Below, piece by piece: positions 61,200-64,000 of a stretch of 64,000 nt of DNA. The notes under the pieces were generated by a model. It had not been told where the DNA came from and did not search any database. It saw only the letters and a list, made by a program, of their open reading frames with translations. The first letter of the stretch is position 1. Each line of letters starts with the position of its first letter. The stretch comes from Spirochaetia bacterium (GTDB lineage: Bacteria; Spirochaetota; Spirochaetia; DSM-16054; Sediminispirochaetaceae), in NCBI GenBank assembly GCA_034520965.1, contig JAXHMY010000002.1, forward strand, positions 224,001-288,000, given 5' to 3'. A program made the translations under genes and the position numbers.

Positions 61200-62375
61200 A
61201 TGAGCAACTGGATAGACCGCAGCAAAAAAGTACTAATGAACACCTATTCCCGATTTCCAATAACCCTGACCGAGGGAGCGGGAGTGTATGCCAAGGATGA
61301 CCACGGAGGGGAGTATTTGGACTTCCTGGCCGGAATAGCAGTGAACGCGTTAGGTCATGCCCATCCGGCACTCAGCAAGGCAATTAGCGAACAGGCACAG
61401 AAGATGCTGCACTGCTCTAATCTATATCATATTCCGCAGCAGACCAAGCTGGCGGAAAAGCTGGTACAGCACAGCAGTTTTGATAAAGTTTTTTTCTGCA
61501 ACAGCGGAACCGAAGCAATTGAGTCGGCCCTGAAACTGGCCCGCAAATGGGGAAAAACCCAAAAAAACGGAGCCGCAAAAATCATAGCCATGGAACACTC
61601 CTTTCACGGCCGTACAATCGGCGCCCTCTCGCTTACAGGGCAGGAGAAATATCAAAAATCGTTTAAGCCCCTCATGCCGGAGGTCGAGTTTGTTCCCTTT
61701 AACGATATCGACGCGCTGTCTAATGCGGTTGATGAAGACAGCTGTGCGGTGATTCTTGAACCTGTTCAAGGGGAAGGGGGGATTTTCCCTGCCCGGCAAA
61801 AATATTTACAGGAAGTTCGCCGCATATGCAGCGAAACCGATACTCTGCTGCTGTTTGACGAAGTGCAATGCGGCCTCGGGCGCACCGGGACCCTGTTTGC
61901 CCACCAGTACTACGAAGTCGAACCGGATGCAGTTGCCCTGGCCAAGGGGCTGGGCGGCGGTTTTCCGATTGGGGCGTTGCTGGCAAAAGAGAGGGTTGCG
62001 GTGTTCGAGCCGGGAGACCATGCATCAACCTTTGGCGGCAACCCCTTAGCTTCCGCCGCTTCATTAGCCCTGCTTACCGAACTGACCGACGGCGGTGTAG
62101 TGAAACACTCCCGGGAGGTGGGAGCATATCTGCATGAAAAGCTGAGTAGTCTGGCTACCGTTAATCCGCGGATTAAGGAAATTCGGGGAGTAAACCTAAT
62201 GATTGGTATACAGCTCGACCGCGATGCCGGCCCCTATGTAGATAAGTGCCATAAGGAAGGTTTGTTAGTCGGAAAAGCCGGGCCGGATGTACTGCGGCTG
62301 GTGCCTCCACTGATTATTGAAAAAGAGCATATAGACACGGCGGTAGATATTTTAACTGAAGTTTTAGGGGAGTAG
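61200..62375 (+). CDS. argD: Acetylornithine aminotransferase
   Basis: NSGTEA, SFHGRT, EPVQGEGG, DEVQCG.GRTG, AKGLGGG. Confidence 0.93.
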   Translation: MSNWIDRSKKVLMNTYSRFPITLTEGAGVYAKDDHGGEYLDFLAGIAVNALGHAHPALSKAISEQAQKMLHCSNLYHIPQQTKLAEKLVQHSSFDKVFFCNSGTEAIESALKLARKWGKTQKNGAAKIIAMEHSFHGRTIGALSLTGQEKYQKSFKPLMPEVEFVPFNDIDALSNAVDEDSCAVILEPVQGEGGIFPARQKYLQEVRRICSETDTLLLFDEVQCGLGRTGTLFAHQYYEVEPDAVALAKGLGGGFPIGALLAKERVAVFEPGDHASTFGGNPLASAASLALLTELTDGGVVKHSREVGAYLHEKLSSLATVNPRIKEIRGVNLMIGIQLDRDAGPYVDKCHKEGLLVGKAGPDVLRLVPPLIIEKEHIDTAVDILTEVLGE

Positions 62376-62424
62376 CAGCCCTCTGGTGCTTTCTGCCGGG
62401 TGTGCCCGCTTCGCTGGGCACGCT

Positions 62425-62451
62425 AAAAAGCCTGCCGATAAGGCAGGCTTT
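62425..62451. terminator. Bidirectional terminator between argD and a small convergent ORF
   Basis: AAAAAGCCTGCC-GATAA-GGCAGGCTTT. Confidence 0.8.
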
Positions 62452-62466
62452 ATTATATGGACGATA

Positions 62467-62637
62467 TTACATAAGGTCCTTGGGTTTGCGGGCGGTGTTG
62501 CCGGTGGCTTCACAGACCGCGATGTGGCGGATCTTACCGTTTTTGAAGACTGATTTCATTTTGATACTGCCACCCCAACGGCTGGTCAGGGACTGGGCAC
62601 CCTCACGACGGGCGTTCTTGGAAATATTTGCAGCCAT
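62467..62637 (-). CDS. Small basic protein (56 aa), candidate bL38-like ribosomal protein; not in ORF track
   Basis: MAANISKNARREGAQSLTSRWGGSIKMKSVFKNGKIRHIAVCEATGNTARKPKDLM; strong SD TAAGGAGGAG and its own terminator. The confidence refers to the ORF, not the bL38 identity. Confidence 0.75.
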   Translation of the reverse strand: MAANISKNARREGAQSLTSRWGGSIKMKSVFKNGKIRHIAVCEATGNTARKPKDLM

Positions 62638-62760
62638 ATGCTCCTCCTTAATAAAAATGTGCGGCGAGTGGTACTATAACTCACTTTGGCCACTGCGTCA
62701 AACCCTCAAAGGTTCTTTTTCCTTGTTTCTTTTCCATAAAATACATATATTTTATCCATA

Positions 62761-63093
62761 ATGCAAGTACTCAATACAGTTTTAAAGGGCGTACGTTGGC
62801 TTGTAACCCTGCCGATTCTCATTTATCAATACCTTATTTCTCCGGCCCTGCCGGGAGCATGCATCTACTCGCCTAGCTGCAGCCACTATTCACGCCGGGC
62901 TATCATGCAACACGGGGTGCTGAAGGGCTTAATACTGGCGCTTACCCGGATATTTCGCTGTGCCGGCGGTCTGTTCACCGGAGGTCAAGATCCTGTACCG
63001 GAAAAGTTCTCCTTTGGCTACGTGACCGGTGCCTACCGAAACTTCTGGGCAAGGTCCAAACCGAAAGACAGCCGCCGCGAGACTGACGCTTGA
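62761..63093 (+). CDS. yidD: Membrane protein insertion efficiency factor YidD
   Basis: YQYLISP..PGACIYSPSCSHY...HGVLKG....RIFRC. Confidence 0.88.
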   Translation: MQVLNTVLKGVRWLVTLPILIYQYLISPALPGACIYSPSCSHYSRRAIMQHGVLKGLILALTRIFRCAGGLFTGGQDPVPEKFSFGYVTGAYRNFWARSKPKDSRRETDA

Positions 63094-63166
63094 AGGGGTA
63101 AGGACGGCACTGGACCACAGTGCTCCTTAGAAAAAGCTGCTATAAAAATATAAAACAACCTCAATA

Positions 63167-63886
63167 TTAACGGGTAATATCGCGTAAAAAGGAAGTGAGC
63201 ACCTGTAGGGCGTTCTCGTTAAAGCCGCCCTCCGGAATAATGAGGTCGGCATACAGCTTGGTAGGTTCGATAAACTCGTAATGGCCGGGGCGTACTACTT
63301 CGAGGTACTGCTGGATGACCGAATCGACGGTACGACCGCGCTCTTTCATATCGCGTTCAAGGCGACGGATAAAGCGGATGTCGTCGGGAGTATCAACGTA
63401 AAGCTTGAGGTCCAGGAGCTCCCGGATATGGGGGTCGAAGAAAACCATTATCCCTTCGAAAATGATAAGCTTGGAAGGTTCGACCCTGAGAGTTTCCGTT
63501 TTGCGCCGGTGGTGCACAAAGTCGTACTGGGGCATTTCGATGGGACGTCCGTTCTTGAGCTGGGTGAGGTGTTTGTGGAGAAGTATGTTGTCGAAGGCCT
63601 CCGGGTGGTCAAAGTTGAAGGCGGTGATATTGGTGTTGCTGATATGCTCGGCGGATTTGTAGTAATTATCCTGGGGGATAAACACAAAGTCCGGCACTAT
63701 TTCCGATATTTTACGCACAATGGTGGTTTTTCCGGATCCTGAGCCGCCGGTAATTCCTACCAGTTTGACGTTGTTAAACCCGGCGGGCTGGTCGGACTGT
63801 GTCGATTGCATTGGCTGAGTCGCCTGGTCTGCATTTTGCGACAAATTGAGCGGAGGATGAGAGTCATTGTTCCGGTTGATATTCAT
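63167..63886 (-). CDS. udk: Uridine kinase
   Basis: GITGGSGSGKTT, QDNYYK, NFDHPEAFD, RRLERD.KERGR; start uncertain. Confidence 0.93.
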   Translation of the reverse strand: MNINRNNDSHPPLNLSQNADQATQPMQSTQSDQPAGFNNVKLVGITGGSGSGKTTIVRKISEIVPDFVFIPQDNYYKSAEHISNTNITAFNFDHPEAFDNILLHKHLTQLKNGRPIEMPQYDFVHHRRKTETLRVEPSKLIIFEGIMVFFDPHIRELLDLKLYVDTPDDIRFIRRLERDMKERGRTVDSVIQQYLEVVRPGHYEFIEPTKLYADLIIPEGGFNENALQVLTSFLRDITR

Positions 63887-64000
63887 GGGACTTATTATCC
63901 CCGGGGAGCGGTAGCCGGGTCAACGGGTTTTCCGTTTTTATATACAAAAAAGAAGAGCTTGGCGGTTTTTTCAATGGGGTTAATTCCCAGCCGTCCGATC

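Noticed and set aside
62402..62761. 119-aa plus-strand ORF after argD
   Set aside because: It spans a terminator and is antisense to the better-supported 56-aa ORF with a strong SD
249..63742. Numerous short antisense or alternate-frame ORFs in the track (e.g. 249-890, 8991-9563, 30472-31005, 63281-63742)
   Set aside because: Shadow ORFs overlapping well-supported genes, with no recognisable motifs

Overview
A 64 kb chromosomal window from a spirochaete, most likely a free-living Spirochaetaceae-type genome or MAG. The assignment rests on the flaB-type flagellin, PUR-domain protein, P115-like SMC, type-2 IleRS and the rplS-trmD-rimM-khpA-rpsP-ffh neighbourhood. Content is mostly housekeeping: mcsA-mcsB-clpC, lolCDE-like genes, ftsY, prfB (programmed +1 frameshift), hisS, hrpA, iscS-thiI, hisHF, ileS, flaB, cca, rnc-acpP-rpmF-coaD, smc, rnhB, gpsA, a folP-folK fusion, argCJBD, yidD and udk. 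I found no CRISPR array, rRNA, tRNA, prophage or transposase. About 38-56 kb contains many frameshifts in essential genes, most likely long-read consensus errors. The most notable observations are: (1) an orphan Cas2/VapD-like gene heading the prfB operon; (2) a 141-bp MITE with a 9-bp target-site duplication and a hairpin at each end; (3) small ORFs missed by the track, namely a candidate spirochaete bL38-like ribosomal protein, an FlgM-like peptide and rpmF; (4) an McsB with degenerate catalytic motifs; (5) a DHPS-HPPK fusion in the reverse of the usual domain order; (6) a structured leader upstream of hisS. All family assignments come from motif recognition by eye; no searches were run.
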